Assembly: GCF_018350175.1 (NCBI RefSeq)
Contig: NC_058368.1
Span: forward strand, 75,456,001-75,520,000
Source of the DNA: Felis catus
Taxonomy: Eukaryota
Direction: 5' to 3'
Length of the DNA stretch: 64,000 nt
Shown: positions 52,094 to 62,580 of the stretch, piece after piece
Layout: every line of letters begins with the position of its first letter
Numbering within the stretch: position 1 is the stretch's first letter
Made by a program: the position numbers and the translations under genes
The notes under the pieces: generated by a model
What the model was told of the DNA's origin: nothing
What the model saw: only the letters and a program-made list of their open reading frames with translations
Databases searched by the model: none

Positions 52094-52307
52094 GGGGTGC
52101 CTGGGTGGCTCAGTCGGTTGAGTACCCAACTTCGGCTCAGGTCATGATCTCACGGTTCATGGGTAGGAGCCCTTCATTGGGCTCTGTGCAGACAGCTCAG
52201 AGCCTGGAGCCTGCTTCGGATTCTGTGTCTCCCTCTCTCTCTGCCCCTCCCCTGCTCACTCTCTGTCTCTCTCTCTCAAAGATAAATAAATATTTCAAAA
52301 AGAATTA
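52094..52307 (+). mobile_element. Can-SINE
   Basis: TSD aaacaaaactgtact / aaacaaaactgcact. Confidence 0.96.
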
Positions 52308-53751
52308 AAACAAAACTGCACTGATATCTAAGTCATTCCTTATTGTTCTTCAAACTTAAATTCATTTTATTTCTATGCTGATTCTAAGTACCTAAGAAAA
52401 CCCTAACTGGTATCTGTCTTATCTTATAGATCAGAAAACATGGTAAATTTTTGGCAAAACCATTTACGATCGTTGAGTCATGTTTTTATATTGCTATTAC
52501 TTTGTAAATGCAATTATAGCACAAACACCTTTTAAACTTTGTTTTGTCTGCCCATTGCTAATAAAGGTGATGCCTTCAAATCAAATACTCTATCAACATC
52601 ATTTTGATGCGCCATCAAGGTATAAAGTAATATGGTGGCCGGTTTCTATGTCCTTGGTGGTATTTACTCTGTTTTGCAAGGTATTTTCATAACCATGGAA
52701 GGAAAATGAAATTGCAGTTTGGGAGTTTAGAACTTAATTGAAGAATAGAAAGCGATCATCACTTCCAATTTGCTACCTCTAATGTAGATCAGAGGTTAGC
52801 TACACAGTATAATGAAATTAATTTACAAATGCAACATTTCCTTTATACTCAGATTTCTCCAAATTAGACAAAGGTGACAAAAAAAGGATGAGTTTCTCTA
52901 GCACTGAAGGGTTTGAATAAGTGGATTCATTTGTAGGGTGACCAACATTGAATGAAGGGCTAACAAAAAAGTCCAACAAAACACAAGGCGTACGGAAAGA
53001 TGAATAATAAAATAAAAATGCAAGGATAAAGCCAATTTAGATGCTCTTTTATATGATACATTTCAGAGGATCTTTCTCATGTTTGTCTTTTTAACCAATA
53101 AATTTCTCTTTCACCCTAGAGAGTTACCCATGGAGACAGAATACAGAATACGTGATAATTTCTAAGTACGATTTACCAAAGTTAAAATGACACATACAAA
53201 CAGGGAGCCTTTGTCAAAGATGTATTTAAGCTTCTTAATGAAGGCATCAGCAGGATGGTAAATTTGAGGGATTGAATAAATATTGCCATTGAAAGAAAGA
53301 AGGCTGGAATAGGATTACCAGGATAGATACAAAAACTTGTTACCGCACCACTATGAAGCTACACCCTTTGTGATTGTCCATCTTCCCAGGCAGAAATGTA
53401 CTAAAGATATCTACAAGTCAACATGCAGCATTCCACGGTCTTGGCCCGCATCCCCGACACATACTAAAGCAAACAGAAGTTCCTTCCCCAAGGGAATGAA
53501 ATAAACCCAGTGTGCGTCCATCAGGTGATGGTCCAGTGCCACACTGAAATGACGGGTTATCCTGTTGAGTTATTTCCAAACTTTGGGTATTTTTTCTTAA
53601 CCTTAGGACATGCAACTTAAAGTTTTTGGGGTCTTCTGACCTGAAAATGATGCTGCTAGGCCATAAGGAGGATACAGCCTTAGCCCAAGTCTACTCAGAC
53701 TGAGGGCTTGCTGCTGATGAATTTCGCGTGTCGGGACCATTTTCTTGGGCA

Positions 53752-54750
53752 GAGGGACACCGCCAAGGTGGCTGGATAAGACATCCCTCCCAACACACAC
53801 CTGCAGCAACAACAATTTGACATTCATCCATGGAAAAATCGCCTTTGTTGGACCTTTGGAATGGAGCATCAAACTCCAAGGGCCCTGGGAGGAGTCTGTC
53901 CACTGTGTGGGGGTGGTGATAGGCACTGAACCCGGGTCCCTGCTGTGGTCGCTGCCCTGGTCCCAGCAACGTCTCCAGCCCCTCATGGCGACGGTCTGGG
54001 AGCCTGGAGGACACTGACTCAGACTGTCACACAACGACCAGCCCAGATTTCCAACAGAGAAGTCCCAGTGCTGGATTGGAGCAATGCAAATTCAAATTTG
54101 GATGCACAGGAGGGGTAAGAGGACCACTTTGACTTTACTCTCGTCACCAAGCCCTGGAGAAATTTAGTGTCCAGCGAGAACTTCTCCCCGGTGACTTCTC
54201 TTGGGTGGTGAAAGCTGAGTGTGTGGGTGAACGTGGGGCTTCCCCAGCTGCAGGGTCACTGCCAAATGGGGACACCTCCCTCTCACCCCATCCTCGGTCC
54301 TGAGACACAAGCTGCACAACACAGGGGCAGGAAGAGGCTGGGAGAACTGCGGACAGGCTCTACTGGGTGCTAGGGTGATGGATCCTGCCCGGTGCTCCAA
54401 AAAGTTTCCTTCCCCCAAGCTCCTGGGAACACCTTGCCTGTGGACACCCCCACCCCGCACCCCAGCCCTGTATGTCTGACCCACACACCGCATGCTGCAC
54501 ACACCTGGGCACCAGCTGTCTGTTCCAGTTCCTGACGGTGGCGACAGCAAGTTTTCACAGGTGGCTAGTAATCACCCCAGAAAGCCAACTCCTTCTGGAA
54601 GCCAGGGAGAGACCACAAGCTCGCGCCTTAGTCCTGCACATGAATGCAAAAGGAGTGCCTTGTGGGATGGAGAGAAGGCATACTAGCACAAGAACTGGGT
54701 CCCAGAGGGAGCATGAAACATGGAGGTGACATACCCACGGAAGGCCCAAG
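53752..54750 (+). mobile_element. Old L1 5' UTR remnant (L1M2/L1MA-like); right boundary uncertain
   Basis: cgccaaggtggctggataag start, aacaatttgacattcatccatggaaaaatcgcctttgttgga, and ggcttccccagctg...cactgccaaa...tctcacccca resemble old L1 5' ends; GC-rich. Confidence 0.6.
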
Positions 54751-55179
54751 AAAGTCTCGGAATCCTTAGCAGGGCTGGTGAAAGGTACGCTTTCCCGGTC
54801 AACTAGCAAAGACTACAGAGGCACCTGTTAATTGCAAGGCTTCAGAGAACCTGAAAATGTAAGGGGATATGGACCCACCAAAGGTTATAATGACCTCCTG
54901 GTAACCGAACCCAAAGACATGAGAGCTGAAGTTACAGGCTAAAGAAATCGACCCTTTTATCGATATAGAATAGCTTTTTTTTTCTTTTTTTGGTCTCATG
55001 TGACAGCTTTCAAGGTGCTTTGTTTTTCATTTCCTCCATTAATGCCTTCGTTTGTCTGTAGTCGGTTTTTGTAGTGTTTCTTTTTTATTTTTCTCATTTC
55101 TTTTTGTGCTTAAAAAATACATGCGGGAGAATGCAAATATGATTGTGGTTTATCTGACAATTACTAACTTTACACACAT

Positions 55180-55320
55180 AGAACAGTTATTTACATCCCT
55201 TGAGCTTCAGTTTCAGAAAATGAACAACAAAATTTCAGTTTTTGTGAGGAATCCATGAGATATCTATGGAGCGTCATTCATAGTACCTGGACAGAGTAGG
55301 TGTTCAATTGATATTCGTTC
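55180..55320 (+). mobile_element. MIR remnant
   Basis: gagcttcagtttc...ttgtgagga...atagtacctggacagagtaggtgttcaat. Confidence 0.7.
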
Positions 55321-55721
55321 CTACCTTGTCCATTTCTATATAAAAGCCTGAGTGTATTATAAAAAATATGGCAAGAATGTTGCTACGTACAGGTTCCTTA
55401 ATTTGAAGACTCTTCAAATCAGGTTGTTTCATAACCCAAAGACTTGGAAATCTTTCTACACCCTGAATCTATTATCCAGTCTCAGAAAAATATATACATA
55501 GGTGAAAGGAACAAAGGAGGGAAGGTAGGAAGAATGAAATGTTATCAATACTGTGTTTCTTATTCTTTAGTGATCGTAAGACCTTAGGTCAGAAGTCATG
55601 ACTCACCCTTGATATTTCCATGTACCTTCAACATCACACTATTTGTTTAATAAATATACGGTGACACAACTGACAAATAAAAAGTTACTATTTCTAATGG
55701 AGTTCTTTAAAAATCAAATAA

Positions 55722-55832
55722 GGGGTGCCTGGGTGGCTCAGTCAGTTGAGTGTCAAATTCTTGGTCTCAGCTCAGGTCTTGAGTTCAGGCCCCGCGTCAG
55801 ACTCTGTGCTAGGGTTGGAGCCTACTTCAAAA
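55722..55832 (+). mobile_element. Short Can-SINE lacking the CT tract (older subfamily)
   Basis: Head plus ggagcctactt and A tail; degenerate TSD aaaaatcaaat / aaagatcaaat. Confidence 0.88.
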
Positions 55833-56079
55833 AAAGATCAAATGAAAATAAATATATTTAGTATTTGATCACCCGGAACTTTTTATCGTTGGGTACTTCA
55901 GTGATGCCCACAATTACTCTTAGCCAATAAAAATACTCTCCTTTCAAATAATCATAGGAAAATTAATTTTTTACTTAATTTTACTTAGTTTACTTAGTTT
56001 ACTTAAAACTAAGTAAAGACTTTCTTTGAAGTTTACTTACTTATTTTGAGAGAGTAAAAACTTATTTTGAGAAAGTAAA

Positions 56080-56290
56080 AACTTTCTTTGAAGTTTACTT
56101 ATTTTGAGAGAGAGAGAGAGACAGAGAATGCAAGAGGGGCAGAGAGAGAAGGAGAGAGAGAGATTTCCAAGCAGGCTCCACACCATCAGTGCAGAGCCCT
56201 ATGCCGGGCCTGAACTCGAGAACCGTGAGATCATGACTTGAGCCGAAATCAAGGGTTGGATACTCAATCTACGGAGCCACCCAGGTGCCC
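56080..56290 (-). mobile_element. Can-SINE with rearranged tail flank
   Basis: Antisense body ending ccaggtgccc; tail region duplicated. Confidence 0.93.
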
Positions 56291-56864
56291 ATAACAAGTA
56301 ACTTTTGCCAGTGTACTTTTATAGAGACGTTGTCTTCATGGGGTTACGAACCCTAGTAATAAGTATGGTAAATCCTACAATGATGAAGTAGAGAAGATTC
56401 CATTGTCTAGCCACTTTTTAGATGACTGAGTCCTTATACCCCGTAGAGCTCAGTAAATGTCCTTAAATTATTATTTTGTTGTTTGTGATATAATAAATAA
56501 TAGCGTCAGTACCAGAAGGAGAATTTTGGCCTTTCTGTTGCTCATCTGCAATTCAGCCCCCTCTGAGGCTCACATGGGCATTTAGCACCTTTGTTTATTC
56601 CTCTGAATGACACGGAACTGCTCGGCCTGCTGGCCCGTCACGTGAGGAGCTATTAAAAATCACTCTTGTCCACGAGGCAGGTTCATCCCAGAGTAGCTGG
56701 GAAGTGAAACACAAAGTTAAATTACCCGCATTCATCTCTCACTGTCTGTTCCCTGTGATGGATTTTGGTTTCACTCAAGCAATCTTTTGGACTTCCATGG
56801 GGGAAAGAAGGGCATAATAAATGCAAAGATCGGAGGAAGTTGTAAACTTTCTAACTACAAATGG

Positions 56865-57085
56865 AGTCAGCATACTTGATGATGAGAATACAAGCTGTTA
56901 AGTCAGGCATATTTGGTCTGGACAATGGCTCCGAGCATTTTGGCCAGTTACACACCTCTCTTAGGCCTCACTTTCCCCATCTTTCAAATGGGAAAAGTAA
57001 AAGTATATGATTTATAAGGATATCGTGACAATTGAGGTAATACCAGTAAAAGGCTTGGCACAGTGGCTGCCACAGAGTAAGTACA
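56865..57085 (+). mobile_element. MIR remnant
   Basis: cctctcttaggcctcactttccccatctttcaaatggga...gcacagtggctgccacagagtaagtac. Confidence 0.8.
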
Positions 57086-57302
57086 TATTATATATATTAT
57101 ATATTATGGTCATTACATATGTGTTATATATTATACATTACATATACTATATATATTACAGTTTTTACATATATATTATATGTTATATATTGCATATATT
57201 ATATATATTACAGTTATTGTACATATAATATATATTATAGTTATTACATATATATAATTATATACTATATATTACAGTTATTATACACACACACACACAT
57301 AT
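57085..57302 (+). repeat. Degenerate TA-rich low-complexity repeat ending in (CA)n
   Basis: Recurrent atatattacagtta-like units. Confidence 0.9.
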
Positions 57303-58639
57303 AGTTTTTTAAAGTCATATACCTTGTTCACCATCCAAGATTCTAAGTAGCGGTCCACTTGGATGCCAACTTCAGTTTCCCTCTTAGACAAGAGTGTCCA
57401 CAAATTCTCTGCCCTTATCACATCCTCAACCTGCTATACAGCAGCCCTCTTAACGAAATAACAGACATAGAAACAATGTTCCTAGGTGGGTAGCTTAGAT
57501 TTCTGAATGGGTCCATTCCGAAAGTTTCTTCTCCACATAAAAAATATCACACATTTGGGAACGTTAAAAAAATCACACCGTTTCTTTTAGGTAACAATAT
57601 GCTACATTTGGAAACATAACTTGCACATAAACACAAACTTCACTGAGAATCACAAAAACGTATGGGTACTACAATGGAAAGATCAACGGATTCCATGTAG
57701 AGGGAGCCTATCATGTATGTTCCACACTGGGATTCATGGAGGTGACAGTGTTTTGAGTAATGATTTCACGGAGACAATAGGCATAAATCTGTTCCTATTG
57801 GGATTATTGATAGGCCAGGACTCTCCCAGACAACCAGAGTGCAAGGTTCTCTTATATACGAAGGAAGGAGACCTGGGTTTGGGGCCAGGTTTGCATGGCC
57901 TAGAAGTGTCACTTGATTTTAAGGCGTGACAAATTTCTAGCCTCCTGCCTCATCAATGGACGGATGGAAGACTAAGTCAGCAATCCATCAGAACCTTCCC
58001 GGCTCTCCTTCTGCGATAGAAAGGTGTGTGTGCCTCCTCCCTGAAGACACCTTACAAGCATGAAGTGCTCACAATAGAACCGTATGAAAGGCACATCCGT
58101 CCCAATTCTAAAAACACAAATACCAGACAAGGGAGATGTTGGAATCAAGAGAAAGGGAATGTGGCTGAGGCCAAGGCTGAGTGGGAGGGGTCTTCTGGAG
58201 GACCAGCAGGTGGAAAGGAACCTCTTGCGAGCTGTTGGAAGAATTCCCGCTCCCGCTGACGCCCGGGTGAGGTCACAGGCGTCAGGTGACAGGACCTCAG
58301 AGGGGAAAGGGGTTCCAAACAACACCCTCCTGCCTTTCTGTCTCTTGCTTTCCAATTAATTACCCAAATCCCTCCTTCTGTCACCTTGGAGGGAGGCATG
58401 TGCAAGCAGATGGAGAAACTAGTGCGTTGTTTGTATCTATATTCTAATCTACAGTCACGTTTTATATTTGCTCGTTGATAATGACCAATGGAAGCCCGGC
58501 TTCTGAAGCAAAAGAAGCTACATATAATTAGGAAAACATGCATATTTATAGATCTCGGTGTCGTGCACATTTTATACAGTCTTAGTCTTTGGGTCTCAAA
58601 TGTTTCCTCAGAGAGAACTTTGGGGGATATTTCTTCTAA

Positions 58640-58825
58640 TCATGGCTCCTCACATTTAATTTCTGTCCTCTTTCTTCAAAAACTCACCAGAATCGAAATT
58701 ACATGCTTATTTAGTGCTAGTCTGTCTCCATTAGACTATAAGCTCCATGAAGTCGGAGAATATGATCTGTGATCAGCTCAAAGCAGGTAGTAGAGACTCA
58801 ATTAACATGGGCTGAGTAAATGAAC
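58640..58825 (+). mobile_element. L2 3' end remnant
   Basis: gtctgtctccattagactataagctccatga...gtagagactcaattaa...gctgagtaaatgaa. Confidence 0.8.
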
Positions 58826-59150
58826 ACGATCACATATTAGTTAAGTGGATGAATATCTAGTGTGAAATTAACAGAGCGTCAGGAGAAGTAGAATTCTAAT
58901 AAAATTTGAAATACGGGTTATAACAATGAAATAGGGAGAGGCTATCCCTGAAGGGGAAATTTAGACTGAATTCTTGTACGTAGCTAATTAGGATATGGGG
59001 GTTGGACCAAAGAAAAGATGACAAAAATCAAATTTGCATTCATTCCACTCTTAAAAATTTCAAGAACCTGTTTGCCATTGTCAGATCTCGGATACAGCCA
59101 GAGAATGTGGAATGTAGGCTCTCCCAACATTAATGTGAACATATCTTTTT

Positions 59151-59377
59151 CTTTATTTTTATTTTTTAATAGATTGTTTTGAACGTTTATTTCTTTTTGA
59201 CACAGAGAGAGAGAGACACACAGCATGAGCAGAGGAGGGGAAGAGAGAGAGGGAGACACAGAATTCGAAGCAGCCTCCAGGCTCTGAGCTGTCAGCACAG
59301 CTCGAACTCACAGGCTGTGAGATCATGACCTGAGCTGAAGTCAGTTGCTCAGCCGGCTGAGCCACCCAGGTGCCCCA
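59151..59377 (-). mobile_element. Can-SINE with internal deletion
   Basis: TSD tgaacatatcttttt at 59136-59150 and 59378-59392; gtcagcacagctcgaac lacks the usual agcccgacgcgggg segment. Confidence 0.96.
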
Positions 59378-59669
59378 TGAACATATCTTTTTCAAAAGCT
59401 TTGAATTGGATTTACTGGCAGGTTTTCTCACTGTGATGGGCAGGCAGAGCTTGTGATCAGGCCGCTGAAACTTAAAAAAGTGGTGGAAAGCAGAGAACTA
59501 AGTCAGTTCTTGGCAGTGGGTGAAATGTTTAAGAGCAAGGAAGAGAGAAGGTGGAACAGACAGAACCATGGGCAAGGCCTTCATTTGGTGGTGAGGTTGG
59601 AATCTGTGTTACCAGTGAAGAATATGGAAGGGAGCAGATCAAGGATACAGATGCATTATGTGGGCTCCT

Positions 59670-59670
<1 letters not shown>

Positions 59671-59713
<43 letters not shown>
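59671..59713 (+). repeat. (TG)n microsatellite
   Basis: Seen directly. Confidence 0.95.
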
Positions 59714-59740
59714 CCTGAGTGTGTTGGTGGTTTTTTTTTG

Positions 59741-59955
59741 GTTATTTTTTAAGTTTATTTATGTATTTTGAGAATGACAGAGACAACATGAGTAGGGGAG
59801 GGGCAGAGAGAGAGGGAGAGAGTGAAAATCGCAAGCAGGCTCCATGCTGTCAGGACAGAGCCTGTCGCAGGGCTTGATGTCACAAACCATGAGGCCATGA
59901 TCTGAACTGAAATCAAGAGTCGGATGCTTAATTAACTGAGCCACCCAGGCACCCC
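59741..59955 (-). mobile_element. Can-SINE, diverged
   Basis: Antisense body ending ccaggcacccc, followed by a long poly-T run. Confidence 0.93.
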
Positions 59956-60624
59956 TAGTTTTTTTTTTTTTTTTTTTTTTTTTTTCAGAAAGCGACAAGT
60001 AGTGATTTGAAATACCGGGTATTATTTGCAGAAAAAAAAAAAAAAAGAAGAAGAAGAAGAAGAATCCAGTCAAGGAGTCAAAAATTTAGAGGCTTAGAAG
60101 GCTCTCTGAGAAAGGGTTTTTAGTCACCCCAAATTAAAAGTCACATTACACGGGATTGTTACAGGAAACAGGTGGCAAATAAATTGAGTCAATTAAAAAA
60201 AAAAAGAGTTCTCTTTGGCTGTGACTGGAAAGGAGATGCATTGTCAATTTAAGTGGGGTCGATGGGATTACTTTCTAAATTCTTATTTGAATTAAATGTG
60301 CTCAAAAGCCCAGCAGAACAACCTGGCCGCAGGGCAGGAAAGATGCTGTGGCGCTCACCGCTTTGCTGAGCTGCGATGCACGGCCTCACATGTTTGAAAT
60401 GGACGACCACTCTGGGACCGCAATTTATAACATCGAAGTCACTTGTCACACACTGTAAAATAATGCTTTCTCGGGACATATCCAGACTATATTTTAATGA
60501 GATGCGTCTTAAGCTCAGCTTCTCACGCTGGGTAGCTTACGGTTGGAAAGATGCACCTACAGCAAAACCCGGGATGACGAGTAACTTGTTCTGCGAGTGT
60601 TTTGCAAGACCAGAAACCATTTCT

Positions 60625-60798
60625 TTTTTTTTTTTTTAATTTTTTTTAATTTAATGTTTATTTATTTTGGAGACAGAGAGACAGAGCATGAACGGGGGAG
60701 GGGCAGAGAGAGAGGGAGACACAGAATCGGAAGCAGGCTCCAGGCTCTGAGCCATCAGCCCAGAGCCCGAAGCGGGGCTCGAACTCACGGACCGCGAG
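60625..60798 (-). mobile_element. 5'-truncated young Can-SINE
   Basis: Perfect TSD ccagaaaccatttct at 60610-60624 and 60799-60813; body stops at ctcgcggtccgtgag, so the A-box head is missing. Confidence 0.96.
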
Positions 60799-61095
60799 CC
60801 AGAAACCATTTCTAATAAATTTTAACTGGACCCACGAGCGATGTCTTGCAATACGAGTAGAAGGTGGTGCTGAATGTCACATGATCACCACTGGAGCCAA
60901 TGGTTCTTGAGATTTGGAGGGCTTTGGATTATAAACTTGTCTCTGGAATGAATTACACTCGCAGACCAAGGTTTTACTGTATTTAGAATCTGAAAATAGA
61001 CAACGCAGAGGGAAGATCTTGACTAAGTGTCGGAGCTCTCCAAAAAAAGCAGATGGCGTCATGGAATAAAATTTTCAAGCCGCTTCTTTTGAGAC

Positions 61096-61125
61096 GGGGG
61101 AGGGGGGGGAGGGGGGAGAGGGGGG
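61096..61125 (+). other. G-quadruplex-forming motif
   Basis: G5-a-G8-a-G6-aga-G6. Confidence 0.75.
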
Positions 61126-62059
61126 CTCTCTGTGAAGACAGGTGCACCCCCCTTCTGCTAACACAGCACTACCACCCACCGCTGGGAGAGGGGGAAGGCG
61201 GAGGTGAGGGGAGAGTCAGTGGGGAGACTGCACTGTGGTCTGGACACCTGCACAGGGAGGAGGGGGGAATGGATTGGGGGGACGAGCCTCCACCCCCCGT
61301 GCAGCTCTGAGAGAGCCTTGGCCCGTTTGAGGGGGGACAGGAAGGGCCTGACTGTAGGACACTTCCATGCTCAGTAGCGGCTGGGAGATGTCTGGGCCAG
61401 GGCTGGCTTCAGCATGGAAACCTCAGTGGGTCCCTAATGTGCAGCATCTGGAACCTGTCAGGAAAATGCATTCCTCACACAAGGAGCAGCTTACCCCACA
61501 GCTGCCACCAAAGGAGAGGAAGAGCCTCTCTCCTACTCACTTCCATCATGGCGGCCAGGATATCTCCGGGTTCTTTGTAAAACACCAGGTTGGACAAAGC
61601 CAAGCAAGCAGAACCGTCCAGTCCTGCAGTGCTATGAACAAGGGAAAGGCATACGCGTTTATCTCTAAAATGAAACTATCCTTCCTCTACTAAGTTGAAG
61701 TGAGTTTGTCACAGACAAGCCGTGACAAGCCCTGGATGTCCTCTCTCTGACTACCACCGCCCCCCACCCCCCCAACACACACACAGAGAAATTTTTCTGA
61801 AGAGCTTTTTTTTTTTTTTTTTTAATTACAACTTCTGTGACATTTTTAGCAATTGTTCCACTGACCTGGTTGGAAACCCCGTGCGGACCCCAGTCCCACG
61901 TGATACAAGCATTTCGTTTCGGAAACGAGAAGTCAGGAAGACAGTGGGAAACCTTCCAAGATACTTAACATCAGGTTGCAGACTTCTTTGGAGGCGAGAA
62001 AAGGAAACAAAGCAAACCACACAAGAGGAAAGAAATGCTACGTTCCGTTGTTTTAAAAA

Positions 62060-62580
62060 AAAAAATACCTGTAAAGTGGCTGTTGCTTACAGTGGTGGTT
62101 GTGTCTGTGTGTGTTTGCCCACTAGTCCTGTGTCACCAGCGTGTCGCTTGGATGGAACATGATGGCCATTTTGAATTACAAGTGGTCTTTTTTTTTTTTT
62201 TTCTTGCCCCGCATGTCTTTTCTTTTCAAAGTCAAGGCTTCCCGTCCAATGGCCAACCGAATATTTGAGGTAGGGAGAAGGAAATCATCGGAGGGCACCT
62301 CATCTTGTGTGACAGCCCCCAGGCGCTGTTTCCTGCACACTTGCAGAAAGCCGGTTTTGGTTAGCACCCAATCGTAGCCGCGGGTAATTGGCACGTCGGT
62401 CCCCACACCCCTCTGCTAACACAATCCTGCCTCCCACCACCGCGCCCCTACACAGGTTTGAATTGCTGTGACCCCGACGAAAGGGAAAGTGGCGAACAGA
62501 TAGGAGCAAACAGGTTTGTGGCAAATAATGCCCGAGCCAGCTGGCCTCGGGTTTGTTCGTTGCCACGGGGTCAGGGACCT
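62060..62580. promoter_or_regulatory. Candidate promoter/enhancer with three CCAAT boxes and local CpG enrichment
   Basis: ccaat 62246-62250 and 62368-62372, attgg 62387-62391; CpG cluster; minus-strand donor-like sites at 62069/62068 and 62091/62090; no recognisable repeats. Confidence 0.4.

Noticed and set aside
53603..54729. Cluster of overlapping ORFs in a GC-rich block
   Set aside because: Explained by high GC (few stop codons) within a probable L1 5' UTR remnant; no domain recognised.
99..60815. Many recurring ORFs such as MAQSV...SAQVMISRS...SVSPSLSAPP
   Set aside because: All are translations of Can-SINE copies, not a gene family or a CRISPR-like array.
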